Source: Vibrio cholerae ATCC 14035
GTDB lineage: Bacteria; Pseudomonadota; Gammaproteobacteria; Enterobacterales; Vibrionaceae
DNA: 32,000 nucleotides
Assembly: GCF_000621645.1 (NCBI RefSeq)
Contig: NZ_JHXR01000014.1
Coordinates: 60,001 to 92,000, forward strand
Direction: 5' to 3'
Under the pieces are notes generated by a model that worked only from the letters and a program-made list of their open reading frames with translations, made no database searches and had not been told where the DNA came from. The position numbers and the translations under genes are program-made. Shown piece after piece: positions 17,046 to 25,729 of the stretch (position 1 is the stretch's first letter; each line of letters starts with the position of its first letter).

Positions 17046-18038
17046 TTATTCAACCGCTTTTACTTGAAATACTGGCCTGTATTCGGACGGAGATAACGAA
17101 TCTGCAATGATCTTTTTCTCTAGGTGCTTGGGGGTTAACGCTTCAATCTTAGGTGCTTGTTGTGTCGCGTACGGTTTGTTGCGTAAAAAAGCAGCGGCTT
17201 GGCGTACGGAAAGCCGACCTTGTTCGACCATTTGATCGGTTGGGGCAAACTCTACGCGCCCACGCAGTAATCCGCGATAAACGCCATGACTCAAATAGGT
17301 TGCGATAAGGCCGATTTGGTCACTTTTGTTGAGTGAACGCAATTCGCTGATCGCCGCTTCAATCGCCACCGCACTGCCAACCAAATAACGCACGTCCGGT
17401 TGCTCTAAGGCTTGCTGTATCAAATTGCGTTGCAGCTCTTTATCGTTGTCTGCCCACAAGATTTCTGTAATACGCACATCACTGTGACGAATCGCCTCTT
17501 CCAGCCCTTGTAAAACGGGCTTTGTTCCGCCACTCGAAGCGGGGCCGGGTAGCACCACAATCTTAATTTCGCCGCTACCTTTAGGGTGTTTACGCGCTAA
17601 ATATTCCCCTGCGTAAAATCCCATCCAATACCAATCAACGCCCACTTCGCCTTTTAGATGCTCTTGCTGTTGCTCATTCAACCGCAACTGATTCACCGTC
17701 GCAAACACAGGAACGGAGCGGGTGTAGTGGGCTAAATCATCTTGGTACAGCTCGGGTGATACGGTGCCAAGCAAAATGGCGTCAGCTCCCCAACGTACGC
17801 ACAGGGCAATTTGTTGCTGCTGTTTGTGGTGATTCGGGTAGCCACCCGCCTCCATAACGCGCAAGTTGAGGTTGAGCTTGCGTGCTTCCTCCACCATGCC
17901 GTAGTTGACCGACAGCCAGTAAGAATCTTTAAGATGAGGGTAAAGCGCACAGAGTTTTTCCGCGCCAGCCGCTGGCAGTGCAGAGAGCAGCAAAAGTGCA
18001 GAAATCAGTGAAAATGAGTGCAAACGCAGATTTGGCAT
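17046..18038 (-). CDS. torT: Periplasmic TMAO-binding sensor partner TorT
   Basis: KLCALYPHLKDSYWLSVNYGM.EEA..L...L.V.EAGGY closely matches E. coli TorT. The ATG at 18038 gives the signal peptide MPNLRLHSFSLISALLLLSALPAAGA. The gene is divergent from torS, as in E. coli. Confidence 0.85.
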   Translation of the reverse strand: MPNLRLHSFSLISALLLLSALPAAGAEKLCALYPHLKDSYWLSVNYGMVEEARKLNLNLRVMEAGGYPNHHKQQQQIALCVRWGADAILLGTVSPELYQDDLAHYTRSVPVFATVNQLRLNEQQQEHLKGEVGVDWYWMGFYAGEYLARKHPKGSGEIKIVVLPGPASSGGTKPVLQGLEEAIRHSDVRITEILWADNDKELQRNLIQQALEQPDVRYLVGSAVAIEAAISELRSLNKSDQIGLIATYLSHGVYRGLLRGRVEFAPTDQMVEQGRLSVRQAAAFLRNKPYATQQAPKIEALTPKHLEKKIIADSLSPSEYRPVFQVKAVE

Positions 18039-18125
18039 GAGGTTATTCGTTGGCGAACCGGAGTAAACACTGCACAATATAGCCCAATCCGCCACGCAGA
18101 AGAAGTCAACAAGAAGGTTTTCCCC

Positions 18126-21080
18126 ATGCGTCTCGCCAAAGCCAGTATTGGTCGCAAGCTCTTATTTTCTTTTAGCGCGATGGCGTTGCTCGTGCTTCTC
18201 TCGGCGCTGATCGGCGTTCTAGGTTTTTCTCTGGTTGCCAAAACCGAACGTGATGTGGTCAATAATGCCATTCCTTCGATGATCGAGGCGCGCCAAGTCG
18301 CTGAGCTCAGTCATCAAATCATTGCTTCTGTACAGACTCTTTCTAACGCCAAAAATGAGCAAGAACACCAAGCCGCTGGACAGAAGGTTTTCTCGCAATT
18401 AGAAACGTTGCTCACTCATATCCAGCAACTGGGAGAAGAGGCGTTTGATAGCGTGTTGCTGGATAGATTAGAGCAAGACGTACAGAACGTGATTGATACA
18501 CTGGCGCAATTAGGACGGCGCGTTGAGCACCGACTCACCTTGGAGAGCCAATTGAGTACAAGCGTCAAAGAGATGCGCAAATTGGCACAAGAGCTGGAGC
18601 AGCTAACCCGCACCCAAGTGCTCAACACCAGCACGATTGCAATCGCCAATGTCACGCACATCTACGATTTATTGCAAAAGCAGCAGCAAGCGCAGGTTTA
18701 TCAGGCGTTAGACAATCTGGTGGAAGTCGATTTGGATTTAGCGGAACGCTTACATGAGCTGCATCTGTTGGCGTTTAAAGTGCTCAATGAGATAGAAGAG
18801 ACGCAAACCGTGACCGATTTAGAGCGGATTTTGGCGTTAGATAGCGAATTTGCCGCCAACTTGAGCATTATGCAGCGCCGTGTGCAAGCGGTGGAAGACC
18901 CAACGCGCTCCAAACAAATGGTGAGCTTGCTGAGAGGGTTGGAGAAGCGCCGAATCGTATTCGAACTATTGAAACAGCGCTACAGCAATGAACAAGTCGC
19001 GCAGCAATTACAGCACGATACCTTGACCCAATTTGCCAAGCTCAATAACACGGTCAATCAGCTGGTGGATGCGTCAAATCAAGTGACCACCGCAGCGGTG
19101 AGTAAACTCTCTAACACCCTCTATTACGCGCAATTGATCCTCACCGTGCTGGGTTTACTCGGCCTTGTGATTGTGGTGTGGATCGTGTGGAAGGTCGTTT
19201 ATCGCTCGGTCATCCAGCGTCTCGATCAACACACCGCCGCGCTGATCTCGGTGGCAAAAGGGCAACTCGACGTCGACGTTTCAACTCAAGGAAATGATGA
19301 ACTGGGTCAGATGGGGCAGGCGATTGCCCATGCGCGCGATACCGCCAAAGCGCTTAAAGTGGTGGCAGAGAGTGAAGTATTAGCCAAACGCGAGTTGCAA
19401 CAGCACAAAGAACATTTGGAAGAGTTGGTTGAACAGCGTACATGTCAATTGAGCGAGATGAACCATAAGCTCAATCAAGAGGTGCTGAACCACGCCAAAG
19501 CGCGCCAGCAAGCGGAGCAGGCCAGCCGTGCCAAATCCGCTTTCTTGGCCACCATGAGCCATGAAATTCGCACTCCGATGAATGGGGTGTTAGGTACGGC
19601 GCGTCTACTGCAAGATACCACGCTGACTTCCACTCAGCAGCACTATGTACAAGTGATTAACCGCAGCGGACGGTCGCTGCTGGCGATCCTGAACGACGTG
19701 CTCGATTACTCCAAAATCGAAGCGGGGCATCTGGAAATCCATCACACTCATTTTGATTTGTATCGATTAGTGAGTGAAACCCATGAGCTGATGCAAAGCC
19801 GGGCGCGAGAAAAAGGCATCACCCTCACTTACCACATTGATGAGGATGTCACCCAATACTGGCAAGGGGATGAGATTCGTATCGGGCAAGTACTCAATAA
19901 TTTGGTTGGCAACGGGATCAAGTTTACTGACCAGGGCGAAGTGCGTATTCGTATCCGCCTCGCCCCCGATGGGCAAGGCATTCGCTTTGCAGTAGAAGAT
20001 TCGGGTATTGGGATTGCTGAGGAAGAGCAAGCGACCTTGTTTGATGCCTTTACCCAAGCTGACGCCGGACGGCGCAAGCTTGGAGGGACAGGTTTAGGTT
20101 TAGCGATCAGCCGTAAGTTGGTGCAGGCGATGGGGGGCGAGTTACAACTCGCTTCGCAGCTCGGTCAAGGCAGCTGTTTTTGGTTTACCTTGCCGCTACC
20201 AGTGGGAGAGCCAGTTGAAACGCCCGCCCTAGCCGTAGATGATGTGCCTGTGGCTAACGTGCTGCTGGTCGAAGATAACGAAGTCAACTGTTTGGTTGCG
20301 CAAGGTTTTTTAACCAGTCTGGGTCATCAAGTGACTCTCGCGAAAAGTGTGCAAGAGGCGAAACTCTGCTTTCAGCAGCAACGCTTTGATATTGCTCTGC
20401 TTGATATTCATCTGCCCGATGGCAATGGGGTGGATCTGCTGCGCGACCTGCGACAAATGGAAGACAGTATTCACAATGCGGTGATCCCATTTATTGCCGT
20501 TTCTGCCCACGTGTTTAATGAAGAAGTCGCCGGATATTTAGCAGCAGGATTTGATGGCTATCTGCCTAAACCGCTGGTCAAAGAACAATTAGCCGCCATG
20601 TTGCGTCAACAGTTAACGGCGAAGAGCGGAGATGATGCCGATATGCGCGATAAAGCAGAGAGCCATGATACAAGCAGCATCTTCGATAATGGCCAACCGC
20701 AGGGCGAGCCTTCGCCTGAAGCGCAAGCTGTGCGCAAAGAATGGGTCGCGGTAATGGATCACGCCAAATTTGAGCAGGATGTGCAGATCCTTGGTGTGGA
20801 GAAAATGCGTGAGATTGTTGGCTATTTTGAACAAGGGTGTGCTGAGTTTTTCGCTCTGTGTGAGGCAGAGCGTGATAACGATGCACAGATCAAAAGCCAA
20901 GCTCATAAATTGAAAGGTTCTGCTGGCGCATTGTGGCTAACGCAACTCTACCAACTGTGCCAGCAAATCGAGAAAGCCGATTCGCCTGCCGCTGCATATC
21001 AACAAACGCCTCTGGTTGATGCGGTAGAAAATGCCAAGCAGGCTTTGCGTAATGCATTGGATTTGCTGAGTAAAGAATAA
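18126..21080 (+). CDS. torS: Unorthodox hybrid sensor kinase TorS (periplasmic sensor, HAMP, HisKA, HATPase, receiver, HPt)
   Basis: Two TM segments flank a large periplasmic helical domain. H-box ATMSHEIRTPMNG, G-boxes DSGIGI and GGTGLGLAIS, receiver DIALLDIHLPDGNG..K, and HPt HKLKGSAG. The ATG at 18126 is preferred over the ORF-track start at 18018, which would overlap torT. Confidence 0.85.
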   Translation: MRLAKASIGRKLLFSFSAMALLVLLSALIGVLGFSLVAKTERDVVNNAIPSMIEARQVAELSHQIIASVQTLSNAKNEQEHQAAGQKVFSQLETLLTHIQQLGEEAFDSVLLDRLEQDVQNVIDTLAQLGRRVEHRLTLESQLSTSVKEMRKLAQELEQLTRTQVLNTSTIAIANVTHIYDLLQKQQQAQVYQALDNLVEVDLDLAERLHELHLLAFKVLNEIEETQTVTDLERILALDSEFAANLSIMQRRVQAVEDPTRSKQMVSLLRGLEKRRIVFELLKQRYSNEQVAQQLQHDTLTQFAKLNNTVNQLVDASNQVTTAAVSKLSNTLYYAQLILTVLGLLGLVIVVWIVWKVVYRSVIQRLDQHTAALISVAKGQLDVDVSTQGNDELGQMGQAIAHARDTAKALKVVAESEVLAKRELQQHKEHLEELVEQRTCQLSEMNHKLNQEVLNHAKARQQAEQASRAKSAFLATMSHEIRTPMNGVLGTARLLQDTTLTSTQQHYVQVINRSGRSLLAILNDVLDYSKIEAGHLEIHHTHFDLYRLVSETHELMQSRAREKGITLTYHIDEDVTQYWQGDEIRIGQVLNNLVGNGIKFTDQGEVRIRIRLAPDGQGIRFAVEDSGIGIAEEEQATLFDAFTQADAGRRKLGGTGLGLAISRKLVQAMGGELQLASQLGQGSCFWFTLPLPVGEPVETPALAVDDVPVANVLLVEDNEVNCLVAQGFLTSLGHQVTLAKSVQEAKLCFQQQRFDIALLDIHLPDGNGVDLLRDLRQMEDSIHNAVIPFIAVSAHVFNEEVAGYLAAGFDGYLPKPLVKEQLAAMLRQQLTAKSGDDADMRDKAESHDTSSIFDNGQPQGEPSPEAQAVRKEWVAVMDHAKFEQDVQILGVEKMREIVGYFEQGCAEFFALCEAERDNDAQIKSQAHKLKGSAGALWLTQLYQLCQQIEKADSPAAAYQQTPLVDAVENAKQALRNALDLLSKE

Positions 21081-21105
21081 AAAAGACCTGCGACAAGCGC
21101 AGGCC
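21078..21105 (-). terminator. Intrinsic terminator for the pyruvate kinase transcript
   Basis: The minus strand reads GGCCTGCG-CTTGT-CGCAGGTC followed by TTTTTTATTC. It abuts the torS stop codon. Confidence 0.6.
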
Positions 21106-21198
21106 AAATCCCTATGTGTAGCATTTGGGAGAGTATAATTACAAAGTTTTGGGGGATATAAGTAACGCGAAACCCTACTTTCCGCGTTACTTATTGGG

Positions 21199-22659
21199 TT
21201 AGGCGAACAGGGCTTCCTGCTGCGCCAAATTCAGTAGTCGGCACACGTTGACGTGACCAACCCCTTCGACCGATTCCAGTTGAGTGACCAAAATCGAGGC
21301 GATTTTTTTCTCTTGTGCGGGTTTACGCAGCAAATGAATCAGCTGAGTCGCAATATCACCTTGCTTATCTAAATGTGGGAAATAGGTCGGTGTGACACCA
21401 CGCAAAATAGCAAGCTTACGCAGTAGCGCAGGTTTATCAGACACCGCCCAAATGGTGGCTTGGCTTTGACAGCGTGACATCAAAAGCGGCGTTTCACCTT
21501 GCTCAGTCACAATCGCAACACCGAGATCTTTATTGACTTTGGATGCTGAAATCATCGATGACAGAGCAAAGCTTTTGCCCGCATCGCTGCACAGATGTTG
21601 TAGCGCATCCCAACAATTTTGCGCACAGTGAGTTTCGTGCTCAACCCCTTGGGCGATGCGCACCATGGCTAGCACTGTTTCCACAGGGTAGCGTCCCGCG
21701 GCCGATTCCGCAGAAAGCATGATCGCATCAGTACCATCAATCACCGCATTCGCGACATCCAAGACTTCTGCGCGTGTCGGCAGTGGGTTTTCGATCATCG
21801 ATTCCATCATTTGCGTGGCGGTGATGACAGGTTTACCTAAGTGCTTAGCACGCGCGATCAGCGCTTTTTGTACGCTTGGCAAACGAGCATCACCAATTTC
21901 CACGCCCAAATCACCCCGCGCCACCATGATCACATCAGACGCGCGAATAACGCTGTCCATCGCTTCTTCACTGGCTACCACTTCTGCGCGCTCAACTTTG
22001 GCGACAATGTGCGCATGGCAGCCTGCTTGAGTGGCGAGTTGGCGCGCGTATTCAATATCTTCCGCATTGCGTGGGAAAGAGACGGCTAAGAAGTCGGCTT
22101 GCAGCTCCGCCGCAGTAATAATGTCGAGCTTGTCTTTTTCTGTGAGAGCCGGAGCGGAAAGACCGCCGCCAAGCAAGTTAATGCCTTTACGGTTGGACAG
22201 TTTGCCACTATTGAGTGCGATGGTGTGAACAAGGCGAGCTTGCATATCGACGGCCGTGACTTCCAGTTGAATGCGGCCATCATCGAGGAGCAGGATGTTG
22301 CCTACGTTTAGATCATCAATTAGTTCTGGGTAGTCTAAACCCACGCGCTCTTGCGTACCGGCTTGACCATCTAAATGGCCATCAAGAATAAATGTGTCGC
22401 CTGCAGAGAGTTGAATCGCGCCTTCTGCAAAGCAAGCGATACGAATTTTAGGGCCTTGTAGATCAACCAGTACGCCAACGCTCACATTGAGCTGCTGCGC
22501 GATCTCACGCACCATTTCCGCGCGAGCAATGTGTTCTTCAGCGCTGCCGTGAGAAAAGTTCAAGCGAACCACGTTCACGCCAGCTTGGATGAGTTGAGTC
22601 AAAGTTTCACGAGTTTGGCTAGCAGGGCCTAAAGTGGCCACAATTTTGGTTTTACACAT
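21199..22659 (-). CDS. pyk: Pyruvate kinase (PykA-type)
   Basis: TKIVATLGPAS ... NFSHGS ... DLQGPKIR ... MVARGDLGVEIG ... ITATQMMESMI.NP.PTRAEV.DVANAV.DGTDA.MLSAE.A.G.YP is collinear with E. coli PykA. Confidence 0.95.
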   Translation of the reverse strand: MCKTKIVATLGPASQTRETLTQLIQAGVNVVRLNFSHGSAEEHIARAEMVREIAQQLNVSVGVLVDLQGPKIRIACFAEGAIQLSAGDTFILDGHLDGQAGTQERVGLDYPELIDDLNVGNILLLDDGRIQLEVTAVDMQARLVHTIALNSGKLSNRKGINLLGGGLSAPALTEKDKLDIITAAELQADFLAVSFPRNAEDIEYARQLATQAGCHAHIVAKVERAEVVASEEAMDSVIRASDVIMVARGDLGVEIGDARLPSVQKALIARAKHLGKPVITATQMMESMIENPLPTRAEVLDVANAVIDGTDAIMLSAESAAGRYPVETVLAMVRIAQGVEHETHCAQNCWDALQHLCSDAGKSFALSSMISASKVNKDLGVAIVTEQGETPLLMSRCQSQATIWAVSDKPALLRKLAILRGVTPTYFPHLDKQGDIATQLIHLLRKPAQEKKIASILVTQLESVEGVGHVNVCRLLNLAQQEALFA

Positions 22660-22694
22660 GTTGTAATTCCTATAACGACGCTCAACAAGAAAAT

Positions 22695-22771
22695 AAAAAA
22701 GAGAAAGTAAGCAGGAGCTAGGCTCCTTCTGGCATCGTCGTCCTACTTGGCACTACAGCGCCAAGTAGGAC
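22695..22771 (-). terminator. Two hairpins downstream of pgtP: a perfect 12-bp stem (22740-22771), then AGGAGC-TAG-GCTCCT followed by a T-rich tract
   Basis: GTCCTACTTGGC-N8-GCCAAGTAGGAC lies immediately after the pgtP stop. On the minus strand the second hairpin (22713-22727) is followed by GCTTACTTTCTCTTTTTTATTTT. Confidence 0.45.
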
Positions 22772-22780
22772 GGGTATCGA

Positions 22781-24160
22781 TTAAGAAGCGGTTTGGGTTT
22801 TCAACGGCTTGCCTTCTGCTTCGTCGATATCGACGACTTTCTTGGCATTCCACACGGTTAGGGCGAGTAGTACTGAAACCACCCCAGCAGCCAACCAGAA
22901 GTACTGAGCGTTACCGAAGTCGTAATGTTTTACGCCTTCGACTTCAGTCACTGTGATCAGTGATGCAGAGATAAGTTCTTGAGCAGAAGCAGCGATGTAA
23001 GAACAGAGACCGATCAGGCCTTTCACGGCGCCGACTGCGTTTTTCGGCATTAGGTCACAAGCGATAAGGCCGGCAAGGAACACGACTAGACCACCGATCG
23101 AGAAGCCGATCATGCTCAGTGCTACAGCATCAACGATACGGTTATCTGGGCCGAAGAACATCAGACACATACCAGCGATGTTGGTCAATCCGTACAGCAG
23201 GTTAGGGATGTTACGGTTACCTTTGAACACTTTGTCAGACAAGATACCTGACAGAATCGCACCAGCCAGACCCGCAGTTGGGTACATGGACATGGCAAAA
23301 CCAGCGTCAATCAGTGAGTAGCCTTTTTGCTCTTGCAGGAACAGCACTGCCCAAGAAGACATGGCGTAGCGAGAGATGTACATCGCCGCACAAGCCAGAG
23401 CGATAAGCCATACCACAGGTTGCTTCAGGATGAACATTTGCGCACGGCGTGTTTCTTTTGGATCGTTGGCTTTTTTGATTTCCGTGCCTTCCTCAAACGC
23501 TGTGCCTGGATCAGGCATACCATAAGTTTGTGGGCGGTCTTTCAGTAGCTTAAACATGATGAGAGAAGCCACGACACCCGCGATACCCGCACCGATGAAA
23601 CCTGCACGCCAGCCAAAGTAGCTCACCAAGCTTGCGGTTAGGATCCAAGTGATACCTTCACCGATGTTACGTGAGCCGCCCCAGATGGAGTAACGGCTAC
23701 CACGTTGCTTTGGAGAGAACCATTGGTAGATAGAGACGCAAGATGGTGCAGAACCGACCGACTGGAACCAACCGTTCAAGCCCCACAGCAGAACGAAGAA
23801 GAACGCGACCGTGTTCATCCCCATGAAGATCGAAGCAACGCCCGACAGCAGCAGCGAGAACGACATAAAGCGGCCAATGTTGGCGTAGTCAGATAGAAAG
23901 CCGTTCAGGAACTTACCAAAGGCATAAGTAAAGAAGAAGGCCGAACCCATGATGCCGAGTTCTTCGAGGGTGACGATGCCAGCATCCAGCATCGGTTTTT
24001 TCACTACGCCGAGCGCCATACGTACCACGTAGAACATGGCATAACCGAAAATCAGGCCAATAAAGACTTGCCATTGATAGCTTTTGTAGCGTTTTAACAT
24101 TTCCGCTTTTGAGCTGCTGAGTAAAGGCAGATCGGGGCGGGTTTTAAAGAAATTAAGCAT
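22781..24160 (-). CDS. pgtP: Organophosphate:Pi antiporter (MFS, OPA family), phosphoglycerate/PEP transporter PgtP-like
   Basis: A 12-TM MFS protein with a UhpT/UhpC/PgtP-like N-terminus (Y..Q...F.G....Y..R) and the central motif SDK.FKG.R. It is divergent from pgtCBA-like regulators. Confidence 0.8.
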   Translation of the reverse strand: MLNFFKTRPDLPLLSSSKAEMLKRYKSYQWQVFIGLIFGYAMFYVVRMALGVVKKPMLDAGIVTLEELGIMGSAFFFTYAFGKFLNGFLSDYANIGRFMSFSLLLSGVASIFMGMNTVAFFFVLLWGLNGWFQSVGSAPSCVSIYQWFSPKQRGSRYSIWGGSRNIGEGITWILTASLVSYFGWRAGFIGAGIAGVVASLIMFKLLKDRPQTYGMPDPGTAFEEGTEIKKANDPKETRRAQMFILKQPVVWLIALACAAMYISRYAMSSWAVLFLQEQKGYSLIDAGFAMSMYPTAGLAGAILSGILSDKVFKGNRNIPNLLYGLTNIAGMCLMFFGPDNRIVDAVALSMIGFSIGGLVVFLAGLIACDLMPKNAVGAVKGLIGLCSYIAASAQELISASLITVTEVEGVKHYDFGNAQYFWLAAGVVSVLLALTVWNAKKVVDIDEAEGKPLKTQTAS

Positions 24161-24252
24161 AAGAGCTCTCCCTAGTTCACGATTTCAAACGAGCTGTTTG
24201 TCGGGAGGCATCATTAGCCAAAGCCAGTTGTGGCTCAAAAACACCTTTTTGG

Positions 24253-24370
24253 GACAGAAATGACCCAAATGCGCGTTAGCTGTGAGTCAAAACTGGGAAT
24301 TTTGCCCTCAGTGGATAAGCAATTGCTGATAAAATTAATGACAGAAAAGGTCAGAGTTGACCCAAATGCG
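24253..24370. promoter_or_regulatory. Repeated motif GACAGAAA..TGACCCAAATGCG (two copies 97 bp apart) in the pgtP/pgtC divergent region
   Basis: TGACCCAAATGCG occurs at 24261-24273 and 24358-24370 (13/13 identical). GACAGAAA occurs at 24253-24260 and 24340-24347, with a third ATGACAGAG at 24392-24400. Confidence 0.35.
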
Positions 24371-24436
24371 TGGACGACTTTTTTTCAACAAATGACAGAG
24401 ATTTGAGTGAACGCACAAAAACTAGGGATTTGCCTA

Positions 24437-25729
24437 ATGCCGCGATGGATTTTTGCCTTTATTATGCCCTGCCTCTTACTGAGTTTGGGCGTATCCACTC
24501 AAGCTCAGGCTGCCGAGAGAGAGTTGGTGATCCTCACTACATTTTCACGTGAGCCCTTACTGCCTTTGGTGGAGGAGTTCAGTCGCCGTTATCAAGGCAT
24601 TGAAGTGCAGATCATTCACCGCCGCGCGCAGTCGAGCGTGCAGCTGCTCAACAAAAGCTATATTCAGAATATTGATTTGGTGCTGAGTTCATCGCCATAT
24701 TTGATGCAGAATTTGGCACAGAGCGGTAAGTTGGCCGCCTTACCAGAGCCGATGCAGACCCCAGAATGGTTGAAACCTTACGCACTGCCGATGACCGAAC
24801 ATGTGGCGACGATCGGTTATTCAGGGGCGGGATTAGTGTGGAATCAAGACTATCTCAAAACGCATCAATTGCCTGAGCCGAAGCAATTTAGCGATCTGGC
24901 GAAACCGGTCTATTTTGGGCATGTCACCATGAGTACACCAGCACGCTCTGGCACCACGCAGATGATGGTGGAAAGCATACTGGCCAAATATGGCTGGCAA
25001 AAAGGATGGGAGATCTTGCTGCGCGTCGGTGCCAATTTGGCGACGGCATCGGCCAGAAGTTTTGGCGTGAGTGACTATATCGCCAATGGTCAGTTTGCGG
25101 TGGGCCCGACCATTGACAGCTATGCCCTGATCCTTGGTCGTAAACTCGACTACGTACAGTTTGTTTACGATGAAAGTTTTACCTTGATGCCGACGTATGT
25201 TGCCCAAATTCGGCAAAATCACAACGATCAGTACGCTAAAGCATTTATCGAACTTCTGATGTCCAGCGCTGTACAAACTAACATGGAAGGCAACGATTTT
25301 GCCAAACACAGCGTGCAAGATCAGTCTCTAGTCAACGAGCGATTCACCCGTTTGCCCATGGGCAGCATTATTCGCCGCGAAGAGTGCCTGAACGATTTAT
25401 TCGATTTGGCCATCACCAAGCAACTGCCGCAACTAAAAGATACGCTACTTGCGGTACTTGAAGCGAAGGCGCAGTTTGCACGTCGTCCTTCTGTATTGGC
25501 TAAAATTGAGCAGATTGAACGCACGGTTTTTACCATGCCGATTTCCGAGCAAGAGGTTGATGCTTTAGCCATACAAATCGCGCCAAACTCGGCGCTGAGT
25601 GAAGAGCAGCAAGCGGAATCTGCCATGCTGCTTGCAGAAAAGGGGCATGAATGGCAAATGCGTTTGGAAAAACAGCTTGAGCAAGCTAACCAAGAATTGA
25701 AAATCTTGCTGGCTGAGGAAGCGCAATGA
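24437..25729 (+). CDS. pgtC: Periplasmic-binding-protein-like regulatory component PgtC
   Basis: Signal peptide (MPRWIFAFIMPCLLLSLGVSTQAQA), then a type-II solute-binding fold. Its position before the pgtB/pgtA homologues supports the call. The ATG at 24437 has AGGGA 8 nt upstream. The ORF track uses the GTG at 24407. A coiled-coil-like tail extends the C-terminus. Confidence 0.7.
   Translation: MPRWIFAFIMPCLLLSLGVSTQAQAAERELVILTTFSREPLLPLVEEFSRRYQGIEVQIIHRRAQSSVQLLNKSYIQNIDLVLSSSPYLMQNLAQSGKLAALPEPMQTPEWLKPYALPMTEHVATIGYSGAGLVWNQDYLKTHQLPEPKQFSDLAKPVYFGHVTMSTPARSGTTQMMVESILAKYGWQKGWEILLRVGANLATASARSFGVSDYIANGQFAVGPTIDSYALILGRKLDYVQFVYDESFTLMPTYVAQIRQNHNDQYAKAFIELLMSSAVQTNMEGNDFAKHSVQDQSLVNERFTRLPMGSIIRREECLNDLFDLAITKQLPQLKDTLLAVLEAKAQFARRPSVLAKIEQIERTVFTMPISEQEVDALAIQIAPNSALSEEQQAESAMLLAEKGHEWQMRLEKQLEQANQELKILLAEEAQ

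Noticed and set aside
21134-21139. Perfect TATAAT hexamer on the plus strand between torS and pyk, considered as a possible antisense promoter.
   Set aside because: There is no acceptable -35 at 16-18 nt and no downstream plus-strand gene. Isolated TATAAT hexamers are expected by chance in AT-rich spacers.
24312-24327. Sigma54-type -24/-12 element TGGATAAGCAATTGCT on the plus strand upstream of pgtC.
   Set aside because: Only the invariant TGG and TTGC with correct spacing match. A pattern of that information content is expected several times by chance in 32 kb on two strands. The adjacent NtrC-family regulator also lacks the GAFTGA loop needed to use sigma54. No comparable element was found upstream of pgtP.
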